64,000 bases of DNA from Octopus vulgaris (lineage: Eukaryota), in assembly GCA_951406725.2 (NCBI GenBank), contig OX597822.1, positions 40,176,001-40,240,000 on the forward strand. The letters are read 5' to 3'. Below are positions 25,098 to 38,885 of the stretch, in pieces. Made by a program: the position numbers and the translations under genes. Each line of letters opens with the position of its first letter. Positions within the stretch are counted from its first letter, which is position 1. Under the pieces are notes generated by a model. The model was given only the letters and a program-made list of their open reading frames with translations. It was not told where the DNA came from and made no database searches.

Positions 25098-25356
25098 ACT
25101 CTTTTACTCTCTTACCTGTTTCAGTCATTTGACTGTGGTCATGCTGAAGCACCGCCTTTAGTCGAGCAAATCGGCCCCAGGACTTATTCTTTGTAAGTCT
25201 AGAACTTGTTCTATCGGACTCTTTTGCCGAACCGCTAAGTTACGGGGATGTAAACACACCACCATCGGTTATCAAGCGATGTTGGGGGGACAAACACACA
25301 ACACACACACACACATACACACACACATATATATACACACACACATATATATACAC

Positions 25357-25410
<54 letters not shown>

Positions 25411-25456
25411 TATATATACACACACATATATATATATACACACACCATATATATAT

Positions 25457-25508
<52 letters not shown>

Positions 25509-25686
25509 GCACACATATATACGACGGGCTTCTTTCAGTTTCCGTCTACTAAATCCACTCACAAGGCTTTGGTCGGCCCGAGGCTATAGCAGAAGACACT
25601 TGCCCATGGTGCCATGCAGTGAGTCTGAACCCGGAACCATGTGGTTCGTAAGCAAGCTACATTCTACACTGTCATTCCTACGCCTA
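25098..25686 (-). mobile_element. Family A SINE with expanded (~230 bp) internal microsatellite
   Basis: Both halves of family A flank the CA/TA tract at ~25292-25521. Confidence 0.9.
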
Positions 25687-25739
25687 TAACTGCATAGTTT
25701 CAAATAAAATGACGTATTTGAACGAAATAAGATTGAGCT

Positions 25740-25976
25740 TTCTCCAGCCATAGGAACAACGGGCCAGTTTCCCGGATTCTCTGCCATATATATTCCCTTG
25801 ACCTGGACAGTACGCCTGACCGTCTTAAGGTTATATATTTTGTCAGCTGGGAACATTGGAACAACGTGAAATGAAGTGTTTTACGGAAGAATAAAGAGCA
25901 CCGCCCGGTCCCGGAAACGAAACCACAATCTTACGACCATAAGTGCAGCATTCTATCTACTAAGCCACGCCTTTCC
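25740..25976 (-). mobile_element. Degenerate tRNA-SINE with family C-like head
   Basis: Minus strand reads GGCGTGGCTTAGTAG...GTAAGATTGTGGTTTCGTTTCCGGGACCGGGCG...AAAACACTTCATTTCACGTTG. Confidence 0.55.
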
Positions 25977-26112
25977 CTGGTGGAAAATCTACCGTGTCTT
26001 AAATCATGAAATAGCCTATTCATCTGGTTTTAATTTCCATTTTTATTTTGCTGTTTATTAACTGCAAATATATAGTTTTCAAATACGCAGATACATTTTC
26101 ACAGAGACAAGT

Positions 26113-26156
<44 letters not shown>

Positions 26157-26252
26157 TTGAATGGAAATGGAAGCTAAAAGAAAAGTAACCTTATCGTTAT
26201 TATTTCAGAATTTCGATTTAAAATATTTTTACCAAAGGAGGAATTAACATTA

Positions 26253-26292
<40 letters not shown>

Positions 26293-27084
26293 AACACAAT
26301 GACAAAAAATGGCATTGTACTTTTCTCATTGTGTTGCGATCTCAATGTGCCGTTAACTCCTTTTTTCTGTGAAAAGAATATTTTAGATCGAATATTTAGA
26401 AAAAAAAAAAACCAAGAAAAATGTTTTTATAAAATACTTTGCTTGACTTCTAAATCCGTTTAAATTTTACTTGCAACAATACTTTAAAATTTATTGTCAA
26501 ACATCGGTTTATATGTATATATACACTGTACGTACACACGTGCGTAGTCCTTTTGAATATATGTTTATGAACATAACTATGTACATATATATGCGCACAT
26601 ACCTATGTAGTGCATACATATATAATGCATAGATACATTCATATTTACCATGCACGTGCAACAAGGAATAATTGCACCATATCACACAACGTAAAACAAA
26701 ACTAAATAGAAAAACATTAGTAAAAAATACATTTATACTTATGAGAATTTCCTAGAAAATTTAAGATTTATGATGGTATTAACGGTTCCTTCACAGCACA
26801 AGCCTCCATTAAACACATACACCAACCACAAAAATATAATACTAAACTGATGAGTTATAAATCTAATGGTAAAATTTCAAGTTCCAGTAAAATACAACCA
26901 CACTGGCCGTGCCTAGCATAAAAAAAAACAGCAACACTCCAACATTACTTCATCTGAAGACGTGACTGTGAAGATCTAGAAAAGTTAAAGTACAACAATA
27001 TAATGACGATAATAATGGCTACTACCCGATTTATATGGTTGAGACATGGAACAGATCGGATAAAACAAAAGGAAGACAATGATT

Positions 27085-27293
27085 TCAAATTTTGACACAA
27101 GGCCAGCAATTTCGGAGGAGGGACTAAGTGGATTGCGTTGATCTCAGTGATCAACTGGTAATTATTGTATCGACCTCAAAAGGATGAAAGGTATAAATGA
27201 CCTCAGCGGAATTTGAACTCAAAACGTAATGACGAACAAAATGTCGCGAAGCACTTTGCTCGGCGTGCTAACGATTCTGCCATCTCACCGCCT
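27085..27293 (-). mobile_element. Family B SINE
   Basis: Full colinear reverse match with tail TTTCAAATTTTGACACAAGGCCAGCAATTTC. Confidence 0.85.
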
Positions 27294-27309
27294 TGATGAT
27301 GATAATGAT

Positions 27310-27900
27310 GTTGCCCTGATGCAGTACCAGAAAGTGGCTCTCATGGCTTCTGACCTTAACTGATTGGAAGTGTTATCATGTACACTGTTTTGTCTTGGTA
27401 ATAAAAGATGGGCTACAGCAAATATTCTACTCAATACTAAAGATTTGCTTGTCACTTGTTTGATCTTAACCAGTTGAGCTTGTCCTTTAGTGGCTGTCAA
27501 TACGTGCAACTCTGATCATGATCAGAAGTAGTGGGGGAGTATCATAGCCGTGTGTTGAAAGGAATTCGTAGAGGTTTGGATAATTCACCTTTGGAAACAT
27601 GGGTGGTTCGTTCAACATCTTTGATCCTTCTTCAGAGACCTTTTGAGCGGGATGGGCTACTCGACTAGAAGAAAATTCTAACTGGGCCCCACCTGCAAGG
27701 TCATGCGCTGTTTATCTTGATATGAGATTACCATGTCGCACACATATGGTTGTGATGCATGTGCCTGGTGTACCCTTGTCAGACGGGTAGTCATGATGGG
27801 TATATTGGGCTTCGTATATTTTACCCCAGTTTCACTTTGATGGCATGCACTGCTCTCTCACTCAATAATAATAATAATAATAATAATAATGATGATAATA
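27310..27900 (+). mobile_element. Probable interspersed repeat or LINE 3' end with (AAT)n tail
   Basis: Higher-complexity ~550-bp block bounded by (GAT/AAT)n and ending CTCTCTCACTC(AAT)n. Single copy here, so the identity is inferred. Confidence 0.35.
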
Positions 27901-27904
27901 ATAC

Positions 27905-28110
27905 TTTCTACTAAAGGCACAAGGTCTGAAATTTTGGGCGATGGTTAAGTCGATTACATTGACCCCAGCACTTGACTGGTACTTAATTTATCGATCTCAA
28001 AAGGATGAAAAGCAGAGTCGGCCTCGGCGGAATTTGAACTCAGAACGTAGTGACAGACGAAATACTGCTAAGCATTTCGCCCGGCGTGCTAACGATTCTG
28101 CGAGCTTGCC

Positions 28111-28111
<1 letters not shown>
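27905..28111 (-). mobile_element. Family B SINE
   Basis: Full reverse match with tail TTTCTACTAAAGGCACAAGGTCTGAAATTTT. Confidence 0.85.
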
Positions 28112-28143
<32 letters not shown>

Positions 28144-28379
28144 TGCTGTTACTACAGCACGCATTATATTAGCCTACAAAATGTAGATTTCTTACTCTTT
28201 ACTACGGGGAAGAACTTCGTCTCACCTTTTTCAAGCTAAGTCTATCTTTGCGTCGTAGAAAGATTGCATGTTGCACAAAATGTTTACATTTCCAGTTACA
28301 AGTTAAATGGTTGTGGTTAATATAGTAGCAAACGTTGCTCAATGGATTTAATCGAAACGCTTTTGTATTCGTGTAACCA

Positions 28380-28715
28380 TGTGCACTTTCAACTTTAATC
28401 GTTCACCCACTAGCTTATTTGCACCCTTTTCCAAAATAACTCCTTACATTGAACTCTACTATTTCCCCCTATTTAACCATCCCACATCCTCTCTGATGGA
28501 GGGATATCCCTAGTATCCCAGAAACAGCTGTAAGACTAACTTTCTCTTTATAAATGTCCTATAAATTGCACACAGCCTTGGCATTGTTCTCACTTTATTT
28601 AACATATACATGACCCGTATTAGACTCCTCACTCGTATTATTATCGAATCGAAAGTTTAACTACAGTCCTACTATAGCACTTACCTTGGGTCCTCTGGAT
28701 ACCAATATCTCATAT
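28380..28715 (+). mobile_element. Penelope-like terminal-repeat relic with hammerhead-like motif, family P3
   Basis: TCT CTGATGG A GGGATA TCCCTAG TATCCC A GAAAC AGCT GTA AGA at 28490-28535. Confidence 0.45.
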
Positions 28716-29236
28716 GTATATATATATATATATACATAAACATAACCAGATGGATAATGTGTCAACCGACTACAACTTTTTCAACAAAATTTTGATTAAT
28801 GGAGACATTACGTCATTAGAAAAACCGCATCACAGCATCCAAAAGCATTTATAAGCCAACGGTATGGCACCTTCACGTTTCTATGGCCTTTGCTGGTCAT
28901 AGTTTGTTAGTTCAGTTTCATGCATTAGAGAAGAAAATAATGAGTTATCATGCGTGGGGAGTTACGAAGATTTATAGCAATGAAGGACGTTAGATGATGG
29001 GATTGGGGAAAATCAGATAGCGAAGCATCTCACCCCTGCAACTAAGATATAGTTAGTTTCTTTTGTCTTAATTCTATTCCAGAAGCGGTTTTAGGGCTAA
29101 GTACAAAGTGTAAGGTCACCTAGTGATTTATATATTTATTTATTTAACAGGCTTCTATATTCCCTCTTAAAGGCCGGAAGGACCATAAAAGAGAGAGACA
29201 ATAAGCCTAAGAGGCTACGATGGTGGAGAAGGGCAT

Positions 29237-29503
29237 GAAATAAGAGTGGCCATCCTATCGATAATTAGATAAATAAACATATAATAAAATGCAAACAATA
29301 AAAATTACCTGAAAGCAAATGGATAATAATAAAAGGATTATAATAAAGTTTAGATAATAATAAAAAATGGAATTTTATTATACAAAGTTTATTATAATCC
29401 TTTCATTATTATCCATTTGCTTTCATACATATTTGTATTGTATGCTTTTTATTGTATACTTCTTTATTTATCTAATTATTGATATGACGACCACTTCTAA
29501 TTT
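29237..29503. mobile_element. AT-rich fold-back element with ~115-bp imperfect arms
   Basis: TGAAAGCAAATGGATAATAAT..AAAGGATTATAATAAA / TTTATTATAATCCTTT..ATTATTATCCATTTGCTTTCA and ATAATTAGATAAATAAA / TTTATTTATCTAATTAT. Confidence 0.7.
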
Positions 29504-29543
29504 TATACCTTAATCCCTATCTACCTATCTATTTGTCTGACTG

Positions 29544-29605
<62 letters not shown>

Positions 29606-30244
29606 AGGACTTTGCTTCACTTGCGAGACAAAATGTCTAGTATACATTGCCGGGTATAATTATTTCTAGCACGTCGTGAATCGTAGTTTAACTTACTTTC
29701 AGGAGTGACGGCGATCATTACCTGTGTGTGAGTGTGTGTGTGTTTTCATTAAAAAAAATTTATAATATAATTTATAGAATAGATGTAAACTGCTACTTAA
29801 AGTTTCACCAGATAAATGGCATAATATCCAGGAAGAATTACAAGGGAAAGGTTCATTGAAGTGGTCTCCTCATTTCAAACGTAATGAAATCATCCGGAAG
29901 TAACCGGGAATCGATCGAGGAACATAACAATAATTTCTTATGTAAGGAAAATGCCGGAAATTTATTATAGATGGTGAGGCTGTATAGTTATTTGATTTGA
30001 TACTCGGTTATTGACTGGTATTAACTTTGACGACAGTTGGAAGATGAAAATTGAAATCGACTCCAGATTTGAACCATAAGATGAGATACGGAGACTAAAA
30101 GAGAAGTGGAATGTAAGAGAGGACAGAGGGCAATAGGGGAATCGCAAAAAAAAGAGGAAGAACGGCGGCGGAAAAGATAGAGAGCCAGATAGATTAAGAG
30201 TAAAGATTTAAGGGTGAAAAAGACAGACAAGAAGATACACACAC

Positions 30245-30295
<51 letters not shown>

Positions 30296-31828
30296 AGAGA
30301 GAAAGAAGCAGAAATTATCCAAGAAGACAGACACTGACAGAAACAGAGGAAGCTAGGTAGAGCGAGCGAAAAAGAAGTGTGAAAAAGAAAGTTAGTATGA
30401 CAAAGATAATGTGTGTGCGTGAGGGAGGGCGATAGAGAAAAGCTCAGTGATACAGACATACAGACTGACAGACTCGGTGAAAGACAAAAGAAGAGAAAAA
30501 ATAGTTGAATAGAGATTGAGAGAGATGAAAACATGATCAGAAATATAAATGGAAGAAGCTTTTATAATAGAGATAGAGAGATGAAATATGATCAGAGATA
30601 TAAATGGAAGAGACATTTATAGTTACAATGAGGGAGAAAAAGAGAGGGAGAGAGTGTTAATTTGCGAGAGAGAGAGAGAGAGAGAACAGCTATGTTGTTA
30701 AAACACTCAATAATGCTGATCTGTAATCAATCACCATTAATACAAAAAATATTGTCCATTTTCAAAATGGTGTCCATTCAGTTTATTGTCATAGAGAAAA
30801 CAGCGCTGACATGTTGTTTTTATCGCTAGAGTACATCAGGTGTGTGAACTGTAGTTGTTGAGATGTGATTATTGTTGTTGTCGCTGTTGCTGCTGCTAGC
30901 CTAGTGGTGTTTTGCCATAATGGCAATATTGTAGAAATAGTACAGGAGTTGCATAGTAGTTGTTTAGAGGTGCACCGTGCTGTTGTAGTGTAAACTGTTA
31001 CAGTAATGGTGATAGTATATAGTGGTACTGCAGTGATGGGTTTGTGATGTAATGTTGTAGTTAGTGTGTACGTGCGTATGTGGTAGCTGTAGGCGAACCC
31101 GGGTTAAAGAAATTTGTGATCAAAGGCATTCGAACTGTGACCACTGGGTTTTTTTCATTTGTGTAGGGACTTAGAACAAGCATCAGCTCTACTTTATCCA
31201 GTTTCTCCTTTACTAGAACTGTGAAAGATGATTTCAACGAGATTTGGTTGCTATTTCTAACAAGTCAAATGACGTCTTAGGGGTTCACCTCATTGAAATG
31301 TGATCGCACGACGTTGTGTTGTGGAGATGTTGTTGTGTATAGTGGGATGTTGTTGTTGTTGTGGTGGTAGGAGTAGCTGTAGTAGTAGTAGTAATATATG
31401 TTGAAAACAGTATTTCTGTGCCTCCCTCGTACATTTAGTTAATGGACACAATATGTCAACTGATGTAAATATGGCTGTCACTTAATATACTAATGGCTGA
31501 CGAAGTGTTGCTAAGGGGTGCTAGGAAGAGGAGATGGTGTGGTGTGTTTCTTGATGCGTATTGAACACAACAACAAAAACTACAATAATGTTATAAGGAG
31601 ACCATCGATAACAGGTTACAACACTACTGTACCATTTTATCAATCAGAGTAGTTCAGAATGTGCGGTTGTAGCTGTGGACCTTGACGGAGGTGTTGTGTG
31701 TCTGGAGGCGCGGAAATGGTTTTGATAATGACTTAGTGGCGCGGCCTACTGACTGTGTTTAGTAACAGGGTGGAGGCCAACTGGGGCCATACAGCAAGAA
31801 CAGCAACGATACTTAGCATTAATTAACA

Positions 31829-31990
31829 GGCGCAGGCGTGGTTGTGTAGTAAGAAGCTTGCTTCCCAACCACATGATTCTGGGTTCAGTCCCACAGCAAG
31901 GCACCTTGGACAGGTGTCTTCTACTATAGCCTCGGGCTGACCAAAGCCTTGCGAGTGAATTTGGTGGATAGAAACTGAAAGGAGCCTGTC

Positions 31991-32035
<45 letters not shown>

Positions 32036-32233
32036 TGTGTGTCTGTGTTTGTCCCTCACCATCGCTTGACAACCGATATTGGCGTGTTTACGTCCCTGTA
32101 ACTTAGCGTTTTGGCAAAAGAAATCGACACAATAAGTACAAGGCTTACAAAGAATAAGTCCTGGGGTCGATTCGTTCGACTAAAGGCGATGCTCTAGCAT
32201 GCCCGCAGTCAAATGGCTGAAACAAGTAAAAGC
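31829..32233 (+). mobile_element. Family A SINE, full length
   Basis: Complete colinear copy with internal (TA)n. Confidence 0.9.
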
Positions 32234-32780
32234 GAAATGGGGTTTGCCACTGTCATGATCTATTCCGTCATCACCAACGTCACCAACACCAACAACAGGA
32301 ACGGAAGCAAACTAACAGCAACTATTCGGAACCTCATTGCATCATCATCATTGCCCCCACCGCCACCAACGCTGCCGCCACTATGATGACAACAACGATA
32401 GCAACTATCTCTGCAAACATCAGCAGCAGCACCATCACTACCACCACCAGCGCCACCATGAAAACCGTCATCAGCACCACCATGATAGGCATCATCATCA
32501 TTACCATCATCATCATTATCATTACTAAATTGCTCCAGCGTGAAAACACCTTTCTCTTCCTAAATTATCTTATTCATCAGCATCGACATGATGACAGTAG
32601 TGGTGGAGGTGGCGGCGGTGTTGGTGGCGGTGGAGTGGTGATGGTAGTTGTGGGTGGGGTGTCAAGTTCATTAATGGGAAACATAAGTCGAACACTAATT
32701 ACTAGCAGCAATTAGAATTAACGCACAGACAACACAGATCTACAAATGAACAAATACAGGCACACACACGCACGAACGCG

Positions 32781-32874
<94 letters not shown>

Positions 32875-32998
32875 GAAATACGGGCTCTTAAAAGCTGACA
32901 CAACTAATAACATACGGGATACACACAGATTTTTTATAAATAAATCCAAAAATCCTGGTCGAAAGGGCAAAGCTTTTGGCCTTCCATTCATGGACCTA

Positions 32999-33209
32999 AG
33001 GCGGCGAGCTGGCAGAATCGTTAGCACGTCGGCCAAAATGCTTAGCGGCATTTCGTCCGTCTCCACGTCGTGAGTTCAAATTCCACCTGGGTCGATTTTG
33101 TTTTTAATCTATTCGGGGCCGATAGAATAAGTACCAGCTGAGCAATGAGGACGACATAATCGACTTCGACCCTCACTGGGACTTCATGGCCTTGTGCCAA
33201 AATTTGACC
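32999..33209 (+). mobile_element. Family B SINE
   Basis: GGCGGCGAGCTGGCAGAATCGTTAGCACG through GGCCTTGTGCCAAAATTTGA. Confidence 0.85.
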
Positions 33210-34299
33210 TAGAATACTTTCTCTTCCATATCCCTAGTGTATAAGAGTGCTTTTATGTGTGTGTGTGTGTAATTGGTGGTGATATATATGTAGTGATATA
33301 TATATATATACACACACACACACAGGCATATATATGCGTGTATATAAGTATTTTAAGGCCGTGCTATTTGAGAGCTCTTAAAGGCATAAAATTGCTATAG
33401 CGCGCACACACACACACACACACATTTAAGTTAATTGTGAATTAAATTATATGTGTGTAGAAGTGCATGAATTCTAAATTCATTGTACAGAATTGCATAA
33501 CTTTGCATGTAATAAAATATAATTAGCAGTCGTTCTTCGAAACACGTAACATTAACTTGACGTCACTTTTTATTATATATATATATATATATATTGTGTG
33601 TTTGTACAGTTACAGGCTGGCTATGTAATTAAGACAGACGCTTTGCAACAGCTTAACTACGTAGCTAACCCATAGATTGTGAGTAGAATTTAGTGGAACA
33701 AGTCTATGAAAGCGTTTTGTTGTGTGTTCATATATATATCCATAATCAAAAGGAATAATTAATGAAAAGTGTTAATTGGAGCAACATAAAAACAGCAGAA
33801 GAAACTGATGTTTCCATCCGCTTAATAAATTATTCGACCAAACTCCGTTTGGGTATTTTATTAGTAAAAACAAGAGTATCGTCACTTCGTTCTTATTGCG
33901 CGCTCTTCGTTTACAACGAACTTTTTTCCGAGAAAGAACCATCACTCAGTCCCGTATACGCTAGAGAACATTTCTATCCCATCCAGATATGCAGATCTTA
34001 TCTATCTATCTCCGTCAGTCCATCTTTTTGTCCATCTGTCTGTTTGTCTGTCTGTCCATCTTTCTGTCCGTTTGTCTGTCCATCTATCTATCTTCGAACG
34101 GTGCACTTCGACAGAGACGATAATGCTAGAAATAATAGCAACTTTTCTATCTAAAGGTCTGAATCCTATATTTAAAAATAATTACTCATAGCTTTATCAT
34201 TTACTTCGAGATTCAGTCTTCCAAAAACAAAATGTTTCTCCTCTCGAAATTTATAAATTCTTATGAAATCAATGTGTCTGAAGGAGAATGCGCGCATGT

Positions 34300-34625
34300 A
34301 TATATGTGTGTGTATATACCTATCTCTATGATTCTCTTTGGAGGTTTTACTCGTACAAATCAAGCCCGGTGCCTATTTTCAAGTCTGATACTTATTCAAT
34401 CAGGCACTTCTGCCGAATCGCTAAGTTAAGGGGATGTAAACAAGCCAACACCAGTTAAGCGCGCACACACACATACACGAAGTTTTTGCCTACCAGTTCT
34501 ATGCACACGGTTTTGGTCGACATGAGACCATAGTAGAAAACACTTGCTGAATGTGCTGCTCACTCGGCTAAACCCAAGACCTCTTGGTTGAGAATCAAGC
34601 TTGTTACCTACAGAATCATGTTGCC
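34300..34625 (-). mobile_element. Degenerate family A SINE
   Basis: TGCCGAATCGCTAAGTTAAGGGGATGTAAACA, ATAGTAGAAAACACTTGC, CAAGCTTGTTACC. Confidence 0.6.
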
Positions 34626-34849
34626 CCCTCCCCACTAAACTGAAAAACATATACTTTGAAGTCTACATGATCAACGAAGCCATTGATGGCGGCACTTCAA
34701 TATGTCTACGGTCCGATGATTGAAGCCAAGTAAACATCAGAGTATACACGTATATGAATATATATGTATGTATATTTGTATGTAAATGTGCATGTGTGTG
34801 TATTGTATGTACGTATGCATGTGTATATGTATGTATTATATACGCTCAC

Positions 34850-34895
<46 letters not shown>

Positions 34896-36002
34896 TGATG
34901 AGATCCAGGCAGTCTACTGGACACGATTGGTACATAGAAATCTTTACTTTCACTATCACTTTCACCACCAAATCATCAACATTATCTACTACTACTACTG
35001 AATTTCTCTCTCTTCCTCCTCCTCCATCATCAGTGCAGTTGCTACGTGCAACCTAACACAATGCGTTTTTCAAACCAACACAACACGCCTCATCATCTCC
35101 GCCAACCATCGTCACCGCCATCAGTCTATCACTACACCGCTACCAACACAACCATAATTATCACCACCATCACCGCCATTAACTCCCACCATTATACCTG
35201 TCACCACCACTATGACAGTAGCACCACCACCACCACCGGCGCCACCATTACCATCATTTCTACTACTACGAGAACCAACATCATCACTGCCTTCATTAAT
35301 AGATCTACCACTAACACTACTACCTTTACTAGCAGTAGCACCACCACCACTGCCGCCGCCGCCGCCACCACCACATCAAGCCCCCTCCTTTACTATCACC
35401 CCACCTCCCCGCCACCAACACAACATCCAGGCAGTGTGTCACGCGCTCAAACCTTATTGATTCCTCTGCTAATGGCAATTATACATTCTCCACGTATTTC
35501 TACCGACCGTTTTTCCCGCCAATCATTTCCGCCTCTACCACTCTACCCACCCTCAGTTACCTACCTCGGCTACCGGAAATATATCTTCTCACCAACACCG
35601 TCTCCTCTCACCCTCACTCTTTCAAGAAATCCAGCTTTATTATTCTCAATGCATAATCTTCTTCTTCTTCTTCTTTTTCCTTTTTTTTCTTTTCTCAATC
35701 ATTATTTCACATTCTTGTGTTCTTACTGCAGTTTTCTATTTTTCGATTCTCTGCCAAACTTATAATACTTCTTCTCTCTCTATTTCTTCTTGTTTTTTTT
35801 CTTCCTTCTATCTACGTTTCTCATCGTCATTTTAACTTATATTCATGTTTATTTTTGCAAGATTTCTATAACATACATAAATACACTCACTCCATGTGTT
35901 ATGACTTAATGCAGTTTTCATTGTCGTTACTCCGAGTTTCCCGTTATCGTTTTTTGACACATCCATGGAGGTTTGATAAGGAATCCAGGCGTGCCTAAAT
36001 AA

Positions 36003-36374
36003 TCTCTCTATATATAAACGGCAGTTTGTCTGTGCGTGTTTCTGTGTGTCTGTTTGCTTGTACCTTCACCCTGACCACGGCTTTCAACCGATTCTGATGA
36101 AACTTGACACACACATAGCCCAATGTCATAATTGAAAACTAACGCAGTGAAAATTTTGAAAAGTTCCCCAGTTCTGAAAAAAATCGATAAATTCGACATG
36201 GGGTCGAGAATCAGAAACACAAACCACAGACTGTCTAGGGGACTCAACTTGACGTTAACTCTCAAAAAAAAATTTACCATAATTTTTTCCCCATTTTTCT
36301 GCTTTTTTTGATAACTCTCTAAAAATGCTTTATAGTTATTTCCTGACAAACCCGAGCAACGCCAGGTGATACTA
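36003..36374 (+). mobile_element. Non-autonomous Helitron copy with degenerate 3' end
   Basis: A|TCTCTCTATATATAAACGGCAG start; ends CCCGAGCAACGCCAGGTGATACTA. Confidence 0.8.
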
Positions 36375-36544
36375 AATAATTCTCTATAAACATTATACTC
36401 CTGGATATTATTCAATTGGTTGCAAAGCGCATGTTTTGGCGAACGCCTATACCTGTCTGTTTGTCTGTCTATCTATCTATCAACAACCCGCATTTTTCAT
36501 TATTCTCCGCACATGCTTGCTTTCCTAAACTCACTCTTCCTCTA

Positions 36545-36659
<115 letters not shown>

Positions 36660-36772
36660 ACCTCATTCTCCTTCTCCAAATTCAATTTTAAACTTCGCTT
36701 CGAGAATTTTATTTAAACAATTGAAAATTTACTACCTCCACCTATTTTTCTTCTTTTTCCTCCTCTTCCATT

Positions 36773-36808
<36 letters not shown>

Positions 36809-37648
36809 TGTTTTTATTTCAAATATTTTACCTTCCACCGACCCAGCATTCTTCCGCCTGCTTTTAATACTTTTCCTACTTTCTTCTCTTCTTCTTTCCA
36901 TTCTGTCTTTACTCAACCCCACCCCCAAGACACAACCAGCACCCCTACATCCCTCAAGTGCACCCCTACTCTCCAATCTACAGAAGAATTCAATTAATTA
37001 CATGCACATAATGATAACTTTAATCTGTTATTATTATTATTATTATTATTATTTGTTGTTGTTGTAGGAAACCAGCAACAATATCATCATCATCATCACC
37101 ACGAACATTTGTTTATTGTAATTGTTGCTGTTGTTTTAAATTTTAATTATTTTCTTTCTGGAAATCACTTTAAGTCTGTGGAATAAATCAAAGCATGGTA
37201 TTTGTATGATAAGAGGCCAGCTTAGTTAACAGGGTAGATGTATATGTGAGTGAGAGAGAAAGAGAAACAGAGGGGAGAGAGTGAGTGTATGTGTGTATGA
37301 ATAAAAAACACTATGAGAGAGACAGACAGATAGAGAAAGGATATATGTATGAGGAAAAAGAAAATACATTGTGTTGATAGAGATAGACTGAAGTAGATAG
37401 AGAGGAAAAGATAAGACTAGAGAGAGAAAGAAGTGTAATGCCGGCATAAGTATTGGTTGTTGGATTATTACGAAGATAATGGTTACGTAGCTGCACACAT
37501 ATACACACACACATGTAAGTATATATGTATGTTTAAAAATGTATGTATTATATACGTGTGTGTTCATGTTGTGTGTTCATGTTTTTTTCAAGATTTCTAT
37601 TATATACATATACACACTCACCCTATGTGTGAATATGACATTATTAGT

Positions 37649-37679
<31 letters not shown>

Positions 37680-38689
37680 GTATAGCTGCGTGTGTTTGAT
37701 ACACAATTAAAACTCAAATCAACCGTATAATATACTATAAAGATATGTTACAGACAAACTGCTCTCGTTATTTTTTTATGACCTGACATTGTTTTGTCCA
37801 CTTGTTGCTTCTCCACACCATCTCTCTCTCTCTCTCTGTTTTTTTCTCTCTCCTTTCCTTTTCATTTTTTGTCGATCACATAGACAACATAAGCATAGAA
37901 AAAATTATACACTGAAGGTTCTAGTTTTAAAGAAGTATTCTGTCTGGCTCAGAGAATCAAGCTTCACAAGTCCTTTCGACGCTAGTATGGGGTGGGGGTC
38001 ATTAAACTGCAGATATATGCGATCTTGTCTGTCTGTTTATATATATTAGATATAATGAAGAAGCAATTCGCTGCATAAAACATAAGATTATACAGAGATG
38101 ATGAGTTAGCGGTTTCTCTTCACGCTTCAGCGTTGACCTCATTAGCATATTCAAGAATCTCGGTTTGAACTAGGCATAACCATTAATCTTTGTATTGCTT
38201 TCTCGATGTTACTTCTAACATATATACAAACATATACCGTGCAAATATCCAAACGCGAATTTCAGATACATAAATAAAAATTGTTGTCATCTTCACACAA
38301 TGTTTAAAAACCGAATTATTAACAGTAGTAGAAATCCCAACCTGTCTTCAATCAAAGAATTTTTTCACAAAGCAGTACCAATTACCATTGTGTTATTGTA
38401 AATAATGGTTTGAAAGATGGATTAACTTACACCTCCTCATACAACCCATCCAAAATTATAACTAGACCTAACTTCTTCCTTAAACGTTAAGGCAAGTATT
38501 GCAAAAAATTTCCTAATTTTAATAAATAAGGTGATATCTTAGTTCATCTCCGCTGCAAGAAACCCTTCAACAGAAATTCCATAAAAGATAGTTATAGTCG
38601 TTTTCTTAGCATTTAAAACACTATACTACATAAGCCAATAATATCAAATGATAAATAGACTGGACTGATAAGAACATAAGTATAAAATA

Positions 38690-38846
38690 CGCAAGTATAG
38701 TTATGTGGTGAAGAATTTCGATTTGCAACCGTGTGGATTCGGGTTCAGTCTCATTGTGTGGAAATGGCAAGAGCCATTTACTATAGTCCCATACCGACAA
38801 CTAACAGTACAGCGGTCTGACGTGCTTGTCTCCTCCTTCTTTGTCG

Positions 38847-38885
<39 letters not shown>

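Noticed and set aside
29300-29322. Minus-strand TTTGCTTTCAG|GTAATT as a second recursive site
   Set aside because: The donor is weaker, it lies within a fold-back repeat arm, and it is on the opposite strand to the stronger 50306 site.
35046-35765. 239-aa Thr/His/Pro-rich ORF, the longest in the track
   Set aside because: It derives from degenerate (ACC/ACT/CAT)n and CT-rich low-complexity sequence, starts at GTG, and shows no domain or splice support. The same applies to 32337-32715 and 55717-56179.
36008-36415. Recurrent ORF LDSLWFVFLILDPMSNLSIFFRTGELFKIF (also 2067-2411 and near 39.7 kb)
   Set aside because: It recurs because it is a reading frame of the non-autonomous Helitron, not a gene family.
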